This document shows positions 50,169 through 64,000 of a stretch of DNA of 64,000 nucleotides, piece by piece. The stretch is from Felis catus (Eukaryota), in assembly GCF_018350175.1 (NCBI RefSeq), contig NC_058368.1:187428001-187492000 (forward strand), written 5' to 3'. Each line of letters begins with the position of its first letter. Position 1 is the first letter of the stretch. Made by a program: the position numbers and the translations under genes. Under the pieces are notes generated by a model. It did not search any database. It saw only the letters and a program-made list of their open reading frames with translations, and had not been told where the DNA came from.

Positions 50169-53100
50169 TGATACTCCCTATTTCTGATGAAGAATCCTAG
50201 ATACAGAGAAGTCAGGAAATTTGTCCAACATCACACAGACAGGAAATAGTAAAAGCAGGTTTAAACCTCAATGGTGTAAGTCCAGTCTTTGTGCCTCACA
50301 TCTGCATCCAAATTGAAACTTTTCTCAGGTTTTCAATAACATTCTACATTTTTTAATGGTAACATAGTATTCTAATTTAAGAAATTATTGGACAGTTCCT
50401 CTCTGTTTTTACTCTATATAAAAAGCATGTTAATTAAATTTTCCCATAACCATATTTTTCCCTTAGAATCACTTCCTGAAAGTGGAATTACTATATCAAA
50501 AAATCTGAACACTTTTTGGGCTCTTGATTCATATTGACAAATTGTCCTAAGAAATTTTAATAAGATACACATCTCCAGTAGCACAAAAGTGCCTAATTTG
50601 AATATCACTAAAAATATATATTTGTGGCTGCTATGCTTGGGGAGTATTTTAGTTCTTTTTTAACAGGGACACTTCTCACAGGACAGGATCCTTACAGTAC
50701 CCATGGACAAAGAATTAAGCAAGAAGACACAGTTCTTTCCCATATCTCCTGAAAACACCCTAGGTACTCCTCCCCCCACAAGTTTTGGGGGGGTTCATAT
50801 GGTTTGATTTGGTTTTACCTCTGCACCTTTACTTATGTTACATACCCAAGACATTTTCATTTCTATGCATTCCACAAATTCACCTCCTCATGGTTCCAGT
50901 CTTGGCGATCATGCTTCTCACAAGACTTATGAATCTTTGAATGCTAAGAACCAACATAAGCCCTGTCTACTGTGACTATCCACAGACTCCTAATAAAGAA
51001 ACTGAAGCTCAGCCAGGCTGAATAAATTGCCTAGGGTCACACAGCACAGCCTGGATTCTGAGTAGACACTCTTCACCACCACCCTCCACTGCCACTTTCT
51101 TGGCAGAACATGCCATCTGTGAGAGAAAACCCAGGCTGTGAATCAACCATTCCCAGGGCTGACTAACCTGGTATACTGCAAAAACAAAAACAAACAAACA
51201 AACAAACAACGCTGACTTCTCCCTATGCAGAGGAGAGAAGGAAAGAGTCTACTCTTTGCCGGAGCACTGCAAATGTAACCATCCCTCCTCCCGTCACTGG
51301 CTTCCAACACTTTGCCTCTGGTGTAACTGAAATCATTATCGATCCAGAGCGTTCTCTAAATGAGCTCACAATCTACTACGGTCTGCAGACCAGCCAGGCT
51401 CCTAGGAGCAGCTGCTTCCTTGATCAGTTCTTCCTGGCTCATATTTACTCTGAGAAATTGGAAGTTAAAAGTAAAAGCAAATAAAGATGGAATTTAATTA
51501 TGTGGAGCAAAGACAGAGTGCAGGGAATGCTGTTCTTCTCTTCTGATAAGTAAAAGACAAAGGTTGAGTTGGCACCCAGGCATTGCCTGAGTTGACAACT
51601 TCGCTCTGGACCAATCCCCACCTCTTTCTCACCCATTGATTGCATGTAAGCTCCCTGGGGGCAGGGACTCACTCCTGTCATTCACCATGATGGTGTCTGT
51701 TAAGACTGATAAAGAGGTTTAGAGTAACTTAAACCATTCTGAGTTGATTGTTTTCTAAGTGAGCCCAGAGGAAGGCAGCCTGAGGTTGGTCTGACAGCTC
51801 AACCAAGTCATCAGGATCCAGTCTGTCCTATATTTCTGTTCTAACATCCTCATGTTGGTTCTCTCTATGGAAGCTTAATGCGCCAGGCTCTCGAGCTCTA
51901 GGCATCAACTCCCCGCTCAAGGAAGGAGAACAGGAGAAGGACTGGCACCACCTTTCATGTCTGCCCTTTTTGCCCAGAAAGAAAATGCTTCCCCAGAAGC
52001 AGCCATCCTTCCTCTTACATCTCATCTAGCTTAGGATCACGTGGCTACAGATTGGGGGTTGGGGGAGAGGAGGAGAGAATATTCTGCTCAGTTTACAATA
52101 ATCACAAGTCTTCACTGAGTCAGACAAATTCTTGCCCCAGTAGAATTTCCCATAAAATTGAAGTTCTATGAGAAAAGAAGAAAAGAGGGTTTGGCAAATA
52201 ATAACTAATGCCCAGCACATAGCAGAAGGCCTGGAACTTAGCAAGCACTCAATGAAAACATATTCAATAAGTCAATAAACGCCTTTGTTCTGTAGCTAAG
52301 AATGGAGAGAGGAGTGTGGATTGAGTTCAAAGAGGAAAACAGAGGAGGATGGAAGGAATGGGGTGGCATCTGCTTCCCATCTATTCTTGGAATAGGTTTA
52401 AGCTGCTATGGTTAAGGCAATGAAAGCCAGAAATTGATAGAATCATAATTCATGACCATGACCATAACTCCTGGTGATATTTTGGATAAGGGATGATGGC
52501 TAGGGGCTCCTGACACTATTCACAAGGGTCCAGTGATTTCAGGGCACAGGGCTGGCAAGGGGCCCTTCTCTGGGCCACCATATAACCCAGCAATGCTCTG
52601 CACATAAGAAGTTGCAAGCTTTGAGAGCATCCAGAGAACCCCCTTTGGCATGGAAAGCCTACAATGTCCTCATGATGGGCACTGAGGAAGCTTCAGCAGG
52701 TGGCTTCCCAGGCAGCAGACCCTATCAGGTGGGAGCAGAAGAGAGGTGAGAGGAGGCCATGTAGACACTGCAGCTGATAGACTGGATGTAGGAGAACCTG
52801 AGATGAGACTTGGCAATCCCAGAAATCACCAGGGAAGATCTTGAGGGGACAAATGCTGTCAGCCAAGCAGGTGAAGGCTTGTGCCAACACAATTTGTATT
52901 TCCAGGCTGGTGGCATTTGGGTTGCAAGTGGACAAGACAGAGTTGGCTACAGTTTTCCCATACAGAGGAACGTGGCCTACCTAGATTCTCAGAGCAGGTG
53001 ACACTGCCAGTGAGAAGCCTACCTGGGAAGCCAGAGTTCAACTTCTCTCTTAGGATTTGATGATTATGTAGACAGAGCAGGTATCAGGAGAATGGCTGGC

Positions 53101-54471
53101 AGCCAGGACCCCCACTACCTCTAGGCTGTACAAGATCCACTTCTCTGTAACTGGTACAGATAGTCCTTTCTCCTCTCCTGAGCCTCAATTTCCTCACTTA
53201 TAAGGAAAAGGGATCACATTACATCTCTAAGGTCCTTTCAATGCTAGCAGTCTATTTTGCTAAAGAATCTACAAACAAGAAAAAAGTTAAAATAAATCAG
53301 AGTGACTGGATTGAACATATGAATAAAGTTGTGGCCAGACCAACAGGCAGTAAGATGCAGTGGTTGAGAATTCAGGCTCTAGACTCAGCCAGACCTGGGC
53401 TTAGGGCCAAGATCTGTCACTTAGTATATGATCTCATGCTTTTAAGCCTGAGATGGGTTTTCTTTGTCAAATGGAAATAATAGCAATCTCATGAGGTAGT
53501 GTTGAGAACTCATATTGCCTAGCAAAGTAGCAGGCAAATACTAGGTGCCTGATAAATGTACCTTTCAACAAACCAAAGAGATGAATCCCTAAGTAATAGT
53601 CTTCCTTTAGGACTTCAGAAATCTAAATATCCTGGTTTTGGTTTCCAAATTTGTGTTCCAAAAGGACTCCCCATTTTCTGACTACCAACTTTGAGTTCAA
53701 GGAAAGAACCAGAACCATCATACCTTCCTGAAAGCTTGATGACTGCGTGTTTTATATAAGGTATTGCCAGGGTTAACTCTAGACCCAGAAAGGTGTGCAG
53801 AGGCCCTCGATTCTGGGAAGGGCCCACACTTTTTCCTTTCATGGGCCTTGTCTTGTTGGATAGCCGAATAATAGGCTCTGCCCACTCACATTCAAAAATC
53901 TATTCATTAATTGGATGCAATTCACATTATGAGCCACTAATTACCCTAGTAAGGCAGTAAAAATTAATAAGGAACCTGAGTTTAATTGTTTGATAATGAC
54001 AGGGAGTTCCAAAGTGCCCCCTTGAGTAATAAAATTAACATTTAAACTAGTTCAGCCAAAGAACCTTCCCTTAAATATAACTCTTCACTATTAGTATGGT
54101 ATATTTATTTATTTTAATCTTTGGGCAGCTCTAAAATATCACAAATTTATACTGAACTTTGAGAATCTGCCTAATGTTCCAGGACTGTAACTAGCGTATT
54201 TGCAGTGTTTCAGGTGAACTATGGATGGACCCCACCATACACATGCACAGAAAATAAAATCAGATTGGCCTACATTTGTTTAGCCAAAGGTAGAGAAACT
54301 TCTTAGAAGCTACAACATCTGGGAGATGGAGGCTGGAGGAAGCTGCCAAAACACTGCCTAGGATTGGGTCCTACAAAATCTCAAAAAACAAATTGTTACT
54401 ATAGTGCCTCTCTTTTACATGAGCTTGTATCACTGTTCCAGGGTCCTCTCTGGGCTTTTGTTAAAGGGAAT

Positions 54472-54949
54472 ATGGTGGTTTTAAAATATGCCTGTAAAAA
54501 GTGGAGTTTAATTTCCTCTCCCTTGAACATAGTGATTTAGTGATTCTCTTCTAACAAATAAAACATGGCAGAAGTGATGCTGTGTGACTTCTAGAATCAG
54601 GTTCTAAAATGATTCAGCTTCCACCTGGCTCTTTAGACACTTGCTCTTGGAATCCAATCACTGGGTTGTAGAGAAGCCCAAAGCACATGGAGAAGCTACA
54701 TCTGGGTGTCCCAGCCAGCTAGGCCCCCAGCCAACAGCATCAACTGCCAGACTTGTAAGTGAATAAGCCTTTAGATGATTCCAATATGCAGCCTTCGACC
54801 CTCCCCATCTGAGGCTCCAGAGACACGTCATGCCCCTATGCTCTGTATTTCTAACCCACAGAAACCATGAGAGATATCAAATAACAGTCATTATCTTATG
54901 CCACCAAATTCAGGGATAAGCTGTTATGAGGCAATAGATGACTCAAACA
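54472..54949 (+). mobile_element. MLT1 (MaLR) LTR remnant
   Basis: TGGTGGTTTTAAAATATG start; ATGGCAGAAGTGATGCTGTGTGACTTC; GCAATAGATGACTCAAACA end. Confidence 0.65.
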
Positions 54950-55175
54950 GGAAAGTTTACAGACATTGAGCCTCCTGGTTTTAAACATAACCTTAAATCA
55001 GCAAGACCTCATCCACAGAGGATCAGTCTCAGTTGTCCCTGACCGCTGCCCCAGCCACCAGCCTTTCAACATGCTGGTCACCTTGCTGAGCAATGTTGCA
55101 GGGTGCAACAAAAGAAGCTCGTTAGCTCTGAGCAATTTTAAGGTTGAAGGTTTTTCTTATAATTCACAGTGGTAG

Positions 55176-55343
55176 GGGGCACCTGGGTGACTCAGTCGGT
55201 TGGAAGTCCGACTTCAGCTCAGGTCATGATCTCACAGTTCATGAGTTCAAGCCCATGTTGGGCTCTGTGCTGACAGCTCAGAGCCTGGACCCTGGTTCAG
55301 ATTCTGTGTGTCCCTCTCTCTCTGCCCTCCCCCCCCCACTCTG

Positions 55344-55375
<32 letters not shown>

Positions 55376-55400
55376 AAAAATAAAATAAACATTAAAAAAA
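55176..55400 (+). mobile_element. Can-SINE
   Basis: Typical body; TSD core ATAATTCACAG. Confidence 0.9.
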
Positions 55401-58400
55401 ATAATTCACAGAGATAGAACTAAGCACAGATTATCTACCTGGGATGTTTGCTTGCCTTAAAGAGCTAAATATTGGCATGGATAATCCTTGCCAAGCAACC
55501 TTTCAGAGAGTCCCATCATATTGTAGTGCATTTCATTCACACTTGGTAGAGAGGAGAAGCCAGCAAGAAGGAAATGGCTGTATTCTGGGGTGGACCATGG
55601 CCACCCCTCCTCCCTCGGTCCCAACTCCACACCCCATGTCCACTGTCTTTCACACCAGCACTGTGGTATCCTCCTAGTCAGGCCAGCTGTCTTCTCATTC
55701 AGCCATTTGTCCAACATGTACGAGTGCTAAATTCATCAGGGGAGACAGACATTAAACAACTAATCATATAAATAAAGAACTCCACTTGTCATAAGCACTA
55801 GTAAGGGGATATACAGGGTCCTCTGAGGAGCTAGGGATATTTAAGCTGAAACCTGAAAAATCAGAACTAGTAAGGCAGACAGGGGAGAGGTGGGGCATAA
55901 GGAAAGCCTTCCAAACAAAAGACCACACAATAGGAAGAAAGTGTGTGTATGTGGGGATCTAAGGAAAGATCAGTCAGGATGCCAGGAGTGGAGGAAACAA
56001 GAGAGAGGATGCCCCAGAAGAGTCTGAGGAGGGAGGCAGCAACCAGATCATGTGGGGCCATGTAAACAGATTTTGTCTGTATTCTAAGGACAGACAGCTA
56101 TAAAGTATTGAAAACAGGAGCATGACACAGTCAAATTTCTTCTGTCAAATCACTGCAATCCACCTAACCCCATCATTTCCCGTCTGTGTGTACACCTCTC
56201 ATTAACCAGGTCACATTCTATTATAGCTAGCTGCTTAGGTATCTTTTCTCCCTGACCAGACTGATAGCCTCTTGAGAGCAGAGACCATGTCCTAACCATA
56301 TCTGTAATTCCATTAGGCTTCCTACTGCCCTGGGTATCAAGTGCAAACTACTCTTGTGGCCTGGCACCATGTGTCCCTTGCCCACCTCTGCAGAATCACC
56401 TTGAGTCACCTCCTCTGCTCCCCACTGATCCATCATAGTCCAGCCACACCAACAGGTACATTACTTTCTAGGGGGCCAAGATGCCCTAACTAGGATAGCA
56501 CAGCTGCTTGATATTCTCAGAGCAACCAATGCTTCCCCATCACAGCACCTACCAGAATTTTTATTACTACTTATATACATTATTGATTTGATTCTCTCTC
56601 CCCTCCTAGACTGTCCATTTCATAAAACCAAAGAACTTCTCAGCCTTCATCACTATTAGATCCCCAGTACCTGGCACTGTGGTGCTCATAGTTGGCATTC
56701 CACAAAGAGTTGTCGAATGACAGAATAAATGAATATGAATGCATGAATAGGTAAATGAATGGATGACTTAATGCATGATCCCAGTGGCCACCCAGGCCAA
56801 TTCCATAGCTGATGGTGGAGACTTCTCTCTACTTGTGCTCTCCAGTACCTTCAATGACGTAACCTCTTTGCTGGCCTCAATGATTGTCCACTGGAAGGAA
56901 TCAATGCCAATGAAGGCTTTATGGAATAAATGGAAAGTAGAAATGAATAGAGAAGGCCAGAAAGGCATTTCTGGCAAACTCTGAGTAGTTATTATCTTAG
57001 TCTTTCTGCCAAGCAAGAGGAGGAAAGCTGGCAAACACCCACATTCAGTGAACAAGTCCATGTAAATGTTGATGTGCATAGGACTTTGGCTGCATACATA
57101 AGCTCCCCAAGTCCAGGGCATTTCAAAATCTTTCACAGGAACTAATGGGGTCAAATAGATCCCTCCAGGTCAGTTCATCTCAAACTATCTCTGGTAAGGG
57201 GCCAGGTTTTATTTTCATTTTCAATCCATCAGAGATCCATACTTTACAAAATACAGAAATTATTCACTTGGATGAGGCAGCGATGTCAAATTGCTATAAA
57301 GTTTCTAAACGCTTACTTCCCATTTCTGTAATCATTTCATCATAGGTAACAAATATTTCGTAGGCCTACATCCAACTGCCAACCACACTTTAAAAGCACT
57401 GATTCAGGTCCGTACGTATGCTCCCAATACATAATTCCTAGCCATAGCAGACATTGCTAATCAATAATCAATCGTTACACATTTCCTCATCAAGCCCATG
57501 TGCAGCCTTAAAATCTTTCTCTTCCTAGTGCTCAAAACAGTCACCGCCATGCAATTAATCAGGGATCCCACAGGAAGTTAAACCTATTTACGATCCCTTG
57601 CTCTAAATGGCTCACAGACTGGCCATTTACCATATTCATCCCCAGGATAGGGAAATGTCTATATTTTTGTCTCTAGCCTAAAGAAAATTTCATGAAGAAT
57701 GGTCATTTCATCAAAAAGAGTCCTTCCTGGACTCATTCAGTCCATTAACAATCTTTTTGCAGCTTGAGAATCCCTTAATTCATATGTAGTAAGAGAAGAT
57801 GTAGCAATCTATACCACATACAGAAATTTCTGGTGTGTTCTCAGGTTTGAACTGTGTGGATCACATTTGGGAACAAAATCACTGGCCCTTGACTGTTTTG
57901 ACTCTTCCTTGCCTCAAATTCTCCATTCCTATTCCTTTATTCCATGCCTTTATTCAAGTTGTCACAGGGGCTCATTCACAGCGGTTGTTTGCATTTCTCA
58001 TTATTCTCTTTGTCAGAACAGTGAAGGTGTTCATTCCTTCTACATTCAATCTTTTCCCAAGCAAGATTAAAACTCCTTAGCCCTTCTCTGGTAACAACCA
58101 AGCTGTAACCCAACCTCCAGTCATTGTCCCTGAGAGGCCGCAGAAGAATACATAAGGGTGAAAGAATTAATCTGTTGTCTCTGGCTACATATCTGAAGTT
58201 CATGCCAAAGAAATACAAGTTTCACTTTGAACCTTTTCTCTCAACCTTGCCTATAAATTTCCCTTTGAAACATTTTTGCAACTTCTTCTTGGTCCCTGAA
58301 AACCACAGATTCACATACTGTTAGAGCTAGAATGTGTCATCCAGAGCATCTGGCTAACCTGGAGCCCTCTTTAGACTAAGGGAGAAACAATGAGGCTTGT

Positions 58401-58779
58401 CTGAGGAGTCAGAAAGCTGAGGCCTCTCACTGACCAGCTAGATGACCTCAGAAGAGCTAATTCACCCTCAGAGACCATTTCCAAAGAAACAGGTAAGATC
58501 CCTAAAACGGATTGTGACCCACTCACAGGGCTAGTTGAGAACTAGATGGGGCAAGGTGAACAAAAGTACTTTGACAATGAGAGTCCCATGTGAATGTGGG
58601 TGTCTTAACTGTCCTTCTGATAGCACTGCAGTGAACAGAAAGCCAGCACCAGAGTAGAAACTCTAAGAGCAGAAAGAAGGGAATGGATGATCCAACATGC
58701 CCTTTGACAAAGACCATTTAAGGAAAAGAATTGGGTGGGGCCAGGGGCGGGGAAGATGTCCCATTTGCAGTCAAGGCAA

Positions 58780-59240
58780 GAGATGACAGTAACTTGAACT
58801 AGGATGGAAGGAAACATGAAAGGAAAGTGGACAGATTCAATAATATTCATTAGGCAAAATCATCCAGGCTAGGTGATGGATTGGACATGAGAAGGAAGAA
58901 GGAGGGGGCATGTTCAGGATGACACTTCTGTTTCACTTTGGTGTGATTCGATGAAATAAGAAACAACAGGAGAGACCCAGGTAGGCAGGGCACAGATGAG
59001 AGATCAGACTTGCTTTCAGTGTGTTGAGTTTGAGGCACTTTTGAGACATCCAAGTAGAAATGTCAAACAGGCCACTGGAGCTGAGTATATATTGTGGCTC
59101 AAGATATAAAATGCCAAGTGCACCTACATAGGTGGGAATTAGAGTCATTGGCCAGGATAAGATCACCTAGAGACAAGGTACAAGATAAGAAAAGAAGTGG
59201 ACCTAGGACCAAGTCTTGAGGAACCATCACATTTAATGAC
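58780..59240 (-). mobile_element. L2 fragment (other L2-like stretches near 20400-21230 and 55700-56765)
   Basis: GAGTTTGAGG...GAGACATCCAAGTAGAAATGTCAA motif typical of L2. Confidence 0.55.
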
Positions 59241-59384
59241 AGAGTGGGATGAAGCTCTAGAGAAACCAGAGAGACAGAAGGAAAAGCAGAATAGTGTTTT
59301 TAACCAAGGAAAAAGCATAATTCAAGAACAAAGAAATGGCCTTACCACCAAGTACTGATAAGGGTTCATTTAAGATAGAGGCTG

Positions 59385-59572
59385 AGGGGTGCCTGTGTGG
59401 CTCAGTCAGCTGAGCATCCGACTCTTAATTTGGTTCAGGTCATGATCCCACCCCGTGTCAGGCTCCACACTAAGCATGGAGCTGGCCTGGGATTTTCTCT
59501 CTCTCTCTCTCTCTCTCCCTCTGCCCCTCTCCCCGATTCACTCTCTATCTCTCTCTAAAAATAAAAATAAAT
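59385..59572 (+). mobile_element. Can-SINE with an internal deletion
   Basis: Head, shortened body, CT tract and tail; TSD core AGGCTGA. Confidence 0.85.
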
Positions 59573-62500
59573 TAGTTTGTTTAGAAGGCTGAAAAATATC
59601 CATCAGATTAGCAATGGAGGCCATCAGTGCCCTTTGCCCTTTCATGACAGAGATCGAAATCCAGGTCCTTTCCAAACACAGTATATTGCCTATTCCTTGT
59701 TCCCATTACCACCCAAGGTTCAGAATGGACCTCTAATCGCTGGGAAAACCAATCTTCCTTGGGGTCCTGAACAATAAGGCTGTTTCAATACAACAATTAG
59801 CTTCAGCTAAGCCTATAACTTTCAGGCAGCTGTACTCTGCCCTACATGCTAAGAAATCCTATCTACTGACACTGGTTTCCTCCAGATCACAGATGGCAAA
59901 TGTGCAGCATACATATTAACACTCACCAAACTGGGTCCACCCGACATCACTAATCAATCACAAGTCTTCACCTAAAAGCATGTGCCTCTGGAGGTCACTA
60001 TCCCAATATCTCATGGTGCAGGATGGCTGTACAGTACAGAATCCTGAATCCCTGACCACCTCATTGTTCCCCATTCACTATCCTCCCCTGAGGGAGACGA
60101 GACACAGAGGAGACAGAGATGAGACGCATTCCACACCCAGTGTCCTTTTGTCCCCGGTTCCATGTCCCTGGATGACTGGCTGCACACAACTGTTGGCCAC
60201 ACCGTTGCATCGATTCCCAATGTTGATGTGATTTGCAGTGATTTGCTTTGAAACTCAAAGCTGGGGATTGTGGGCTTTATCTGGAAAGCAGTCCTGCTGC
60301 ACTAGAAATGGGGAATGACTCGGCTCACAGCACAGCAGTGTCTGTTTGGCATCTCCTGTCAGACACGAAAACCCAGGTCCTGCCCAGCACGGACAATGCT
60401 CATGCCACCTCTCCAGCCTGATTTGGGAGGGTAATAAGTTGAAGAAAAGAGCAGATGATCATAGAGGCTTATTTGCAGTTTGCACAGTTTATATTTAGCC
60501 ATCTTGTGACTGGATTGCAGGCCCTGTGTGGCAGTCACCCTTGGGAAATTCAGTTCTGGGGGGAGGGGGTTGCAGAGGTGGGACAGGCCTGGGAGAGGGT
60601 AAGGAGGGCTTAAAATACCACTTTAAGGCACAGGAAAGAAGGTCAGAACAATACGCTGTCCAGCTGGGGACAGTAGAGACTTACCGGTTAGAAGTGAACG
60701 TGAAAATGTGTAAGGGGACATTTTTAATAGTCTGTAAACTGCCCAGTACAAAGGCACTGAAGACTCTTCACCTTCCCTTTGAGTCTATCCAGTCTACCAT
60801 CGGTTAGATGCTATTTCTCTGTTCTGTAAAATGAACAGGCTAGAGAGGATGATGCTGTGACTCCATCCATGATAAGGTAAAGAGAGGTAACCTATGGAGT
60901 GTGCAATGGGTGGGGTGAGTGGGGAACTTTGGGCTTGTTAACACCCTGGGGCAGTCATAACAGAATATTCTGTCATCATTAAAAATGGCAGTGTTGATGC
61001 CACCCAAAACAAAACATGAACCTCCATTAAAATGTATCTCAAGAGATTAAAGAGTACACACTCACACACTCACACACAAATATATCTCAAAACTAAAATA
61101 ATCGTTAGAGAGAAAAATGACAGTGCTCATCTGTATTAACTGAAATTGAAAGTATTGATAATATCTTGCTAAGTGAGAATGGCACAGCCTTGTGAAGTGG
61201 CCATTTATTGCCAACAAGGCAGCAGTGGGATGGGAGACAGTGATCACCGGAGGTGGGAGGAGGCTCCCCAAAAAGGAAGAAGAATGCAAGCCCAGCCTCA
61301 CCTCACCCCTGCCGACCCCTCCCACTCTGTATTTTGGGACTAAGGTGTCTGGAAATGTGAATGCCAGAAACTGATGCTGCCAGAGACAGTAGGTTTTTAT
61401 ATACAGTTTTTGTTGTCACATGTTTTGATTTGGTTTGTTTGTTTGTTTGTTTTGTCTCTGTGATGTTTGGTAGCGGGATACTTGGAAGGAGAGCCCAGTC
61501 CACCATGTTTCCCCAGCCTGAGGCAGCACAGGAAGCGTAAACAGGAGCGTGGGTCCTTAGGGACCCAGTCTGGTGGGGCCCTTCTTAGAACAAAGACTGT
61601 GGCTTTAGGCCAAAGCTGCTCCAGTCTCTTGGTGAGACCCAGTCTCCTAGAGATGGTCTTGTCTGAGTAGAAATCCTGTAATTCTACAATGACAAAGCAG
61701 AAAGGGCCTTATGGATGAGGCCTCACTCCCAGAGCGGTCCTGTTTCCATGCTGTTCTCAAGCCAGCGGCCTTCTGAGCTAGTCCAATAAGGCTCTGGATT
61801 CCAGGATAACCGAGGGTTTAATGCAAGTTTCAGGGAGAGACCTGCTTCTCACAGATATTCAGCCAGTCCCCACAGCAGATCCAATGCCTCATCCCCATTA
61901 AAGGTAAAGCGGATTCTGTCATGGTGTGATTTGAAAGAGCCAAGGATTTCTCTCTCTCCACTTGCCAAAACTCCACCCGTAGCTCTTCATTCCTTTGTGT
62001 TAAAGTATATTCATCTGCTAAAATGAAAGGAGGTATGAGTCAGAAAACAAAACTCCGTCATATGAAAGAGCCCCCAGAATTAGAAATTACACAAATGGGC
62101 ATCTAAGGGGGGAGGTGGAGGGGAGCAGTTCTCCAGGCTCATCTTAAACGCTTGGCTTCTTTGAATCCAAAGGGTCTTTTCACATCTTTGCATGCTTTAA
62201 CGAAAGAGCGACTTAGGTCCAGAGGGGTTAGGTCTCTTAAGCAAGGTCACACCACACACTGGGAACCAGGAATGGAGTCCTCTGGCTCAGATGCATCTTT
62301 CAAAGGACTCTTAAAGATTAAATTTTAATCCAAGACCCTTTTGTTTTACAGACAATAGGAACCTCCCTCACCAAAAGTCCCCTTTAAAAATTTCTCTTCT
62401 GGCACTAGCATCTGTAGCGAATGGAACTGCCATTGTAAGTAAGCTTCGTGTATGTGAACCGAGACAGGAAGAGCTTGGGCTTGGGAACTTGACCCGTCCG

Positions 62501-62588
62501 ACAGCATCGCAAACCAAGTCGGACTGCGGGTGTTACCTGCCGGCTTCAGCTGCCTTCTTCCAGGGCCTTAGTCGTTTGCCGTGGCGCT

Positions 62589-62606
62589 CCTGCCCCCTAG
62601 TGGCAG
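62589..62606 (-). promoter_or_regulatory. Candidate CTCF binding site
   Basis: Minus strand CTGCCACTAGGGGGCAGG closely matches the CTCF core; lies in locally CpG-retaining, apparently unique DNA. Confidence 0.6.
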
Positions 62607-64000
62607 CAAGCTTTGCTGCAGTCACATTCACCGGACCAAGGATAGGAAAGGAAATTGGATGAGAAGAGATAGAGGCAACCCGCGTCCTTCTCTAAGAGGC
62701 AGGACTGGTTATGGGGACATTTCTTAACCTCACACACAAAAACGCGACGAACTAGACATTAGCCTGCATCAGATTTGAACCTGCAGACAGGTGAGGCCAA
62801 AGCACTAAGGATCCTCCTGGGTTGAAAACAGATTATATAACTGACTCAGGGACTCGTGAGACTCGGAGGCTCTGAGAATCCCACGGAAGCAGGAACAGAG
62901 GACCCAAAATAGCAGAAGAGCGGGACATTGCCATATGGTGCCCCCCCCCCCACCACCACCAGCAATCACTAGCATGAATGAATTCAAAGCCCTGCCCGCC
63001 AACTCCTCCCAGGTTGTGCTGCATGTTCAAACCCCTGGTCCCCACTCTTTGCTTAGCTGAGTCCTGCTCCTGCGTGTCTCAGTTCAGAGCGTCCCTCCTT
63101 CAGCAGAGATGCGGCCTCATCATAAGCTCTCATGGCACTGAGTGCTTTCCCTTCGTGGTCCTGATTCTGTGTTTCTTTGATTACTTTCATGCCCCCACTG
63201 AAGTGTCAGTTCCCTGAGGCACTGAGGCTACTTTATTGACTACTGAATCTATGTCCTTAAAACAGCAATTAGTACATAGAGGCCTTCAATCAGTACTTTT
63301 CAATGAAATTAATAAAATCACAAGTGATAGTTGAAGGACTGAATTATATGCTTACAGGATAAAAAAATAATAACAGTTCTCATCTCAATAGAAAAAGGAG
63401 ACCTCATTTCGGGCCACAGGGCTGTGCCACCTAGACTTTGTGATTAGTGTCCTTCTTGCCTGTCTCAGGACCTTCCTCGTCTATGAAAGACACAAAGATC
63501 TTCTGAGGGTGGAGTCCTCCCAAATCACCCCAAATGCTCACCAACACCCTTGGGGGCAGGTAGCTGGGCAGGTGTCTTTACCATAATTACACTTTTTGAC
63601 GATCAGGCTCCACAAGCTCAGCTTTAAAGCATCCCTGCTGTAGTCAGAAAATCTGCCTGAGAACTGACCTTCAGGGCTGCCTCTCTGTGTGACCTTGGAT
63701 GCTGCTTCCTACAGTGGCTTTCCATTGCCCCGTTTGTAAAATAAGGATCTTGGGGTATGCAACATCAAAGTCACTGGTTTTCAGGTGTCCGAAAACCCAA
63801 CTTAAACTGCCTTAAGGGAGGGGTGGAAGGGGGATATGTATTGCTCATGAAACTGAAAAGCCATTGATTCGGGGCTGACTCAATCCAGGATATTGAGCAA
63901 GTTCATCTAAGCCTGGTTTCTCTTCTCCATCCTTCAGCTCTGCTTCCCTCTGTGTTTCTCCCCTCACTGGAAGGTTCCTTATAGATGGGGGTCTCCAGCA

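Noticed and set aside
62390..62445. Possible plus-strand micro-exon ending at GTAAGT
   Set aside because: Splice-like motifs alone are too common, and there are no supporting neighbouring exons.

Overview
This is mammalian genomic DNA from a carnivore, most likely a felid (it carries SINEC_Fc-type Can-SINEs and carnivore L1s). It is intergenic or intronic and dominated by repeats, and I could not identify a host gene with confidence. The centrepiece is a three-level nested insertion. An ancient MER5-type DNA transposon is split by a full-length minus-strand LINE-1 (27621-40178, 16-bp TSD, YY1 start, ORF1 and ORF2 disrupted). The L1 5'UTR is in turn interrupted by a plus-strand gammaretroviral provirus (33246-39875) with two 353-bp LTRs, a CTGT TSD, a tRNA-Pro PBS, GACG packaging hairpins, a glyco-Gag-like leader, a gag-pol readthrough pseudoknot and decayed gag-pro-pol. 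Its env is almost wholly deleted, leaving an open 97-aa ORF with a signal peptide and SU fragments but no TM. Elsewhere there is a ~2-kb compound CA/GA tandem expansion inside an L1, a betaretrovirus-like solo LTR with a 6-bp TSD, several truncated L1s, about 14 Can-SINEs, old LTR/MaLR/L2 remnants and a strong CTCF motif near 62.6 kb. Family names come from recognition, not database searches.
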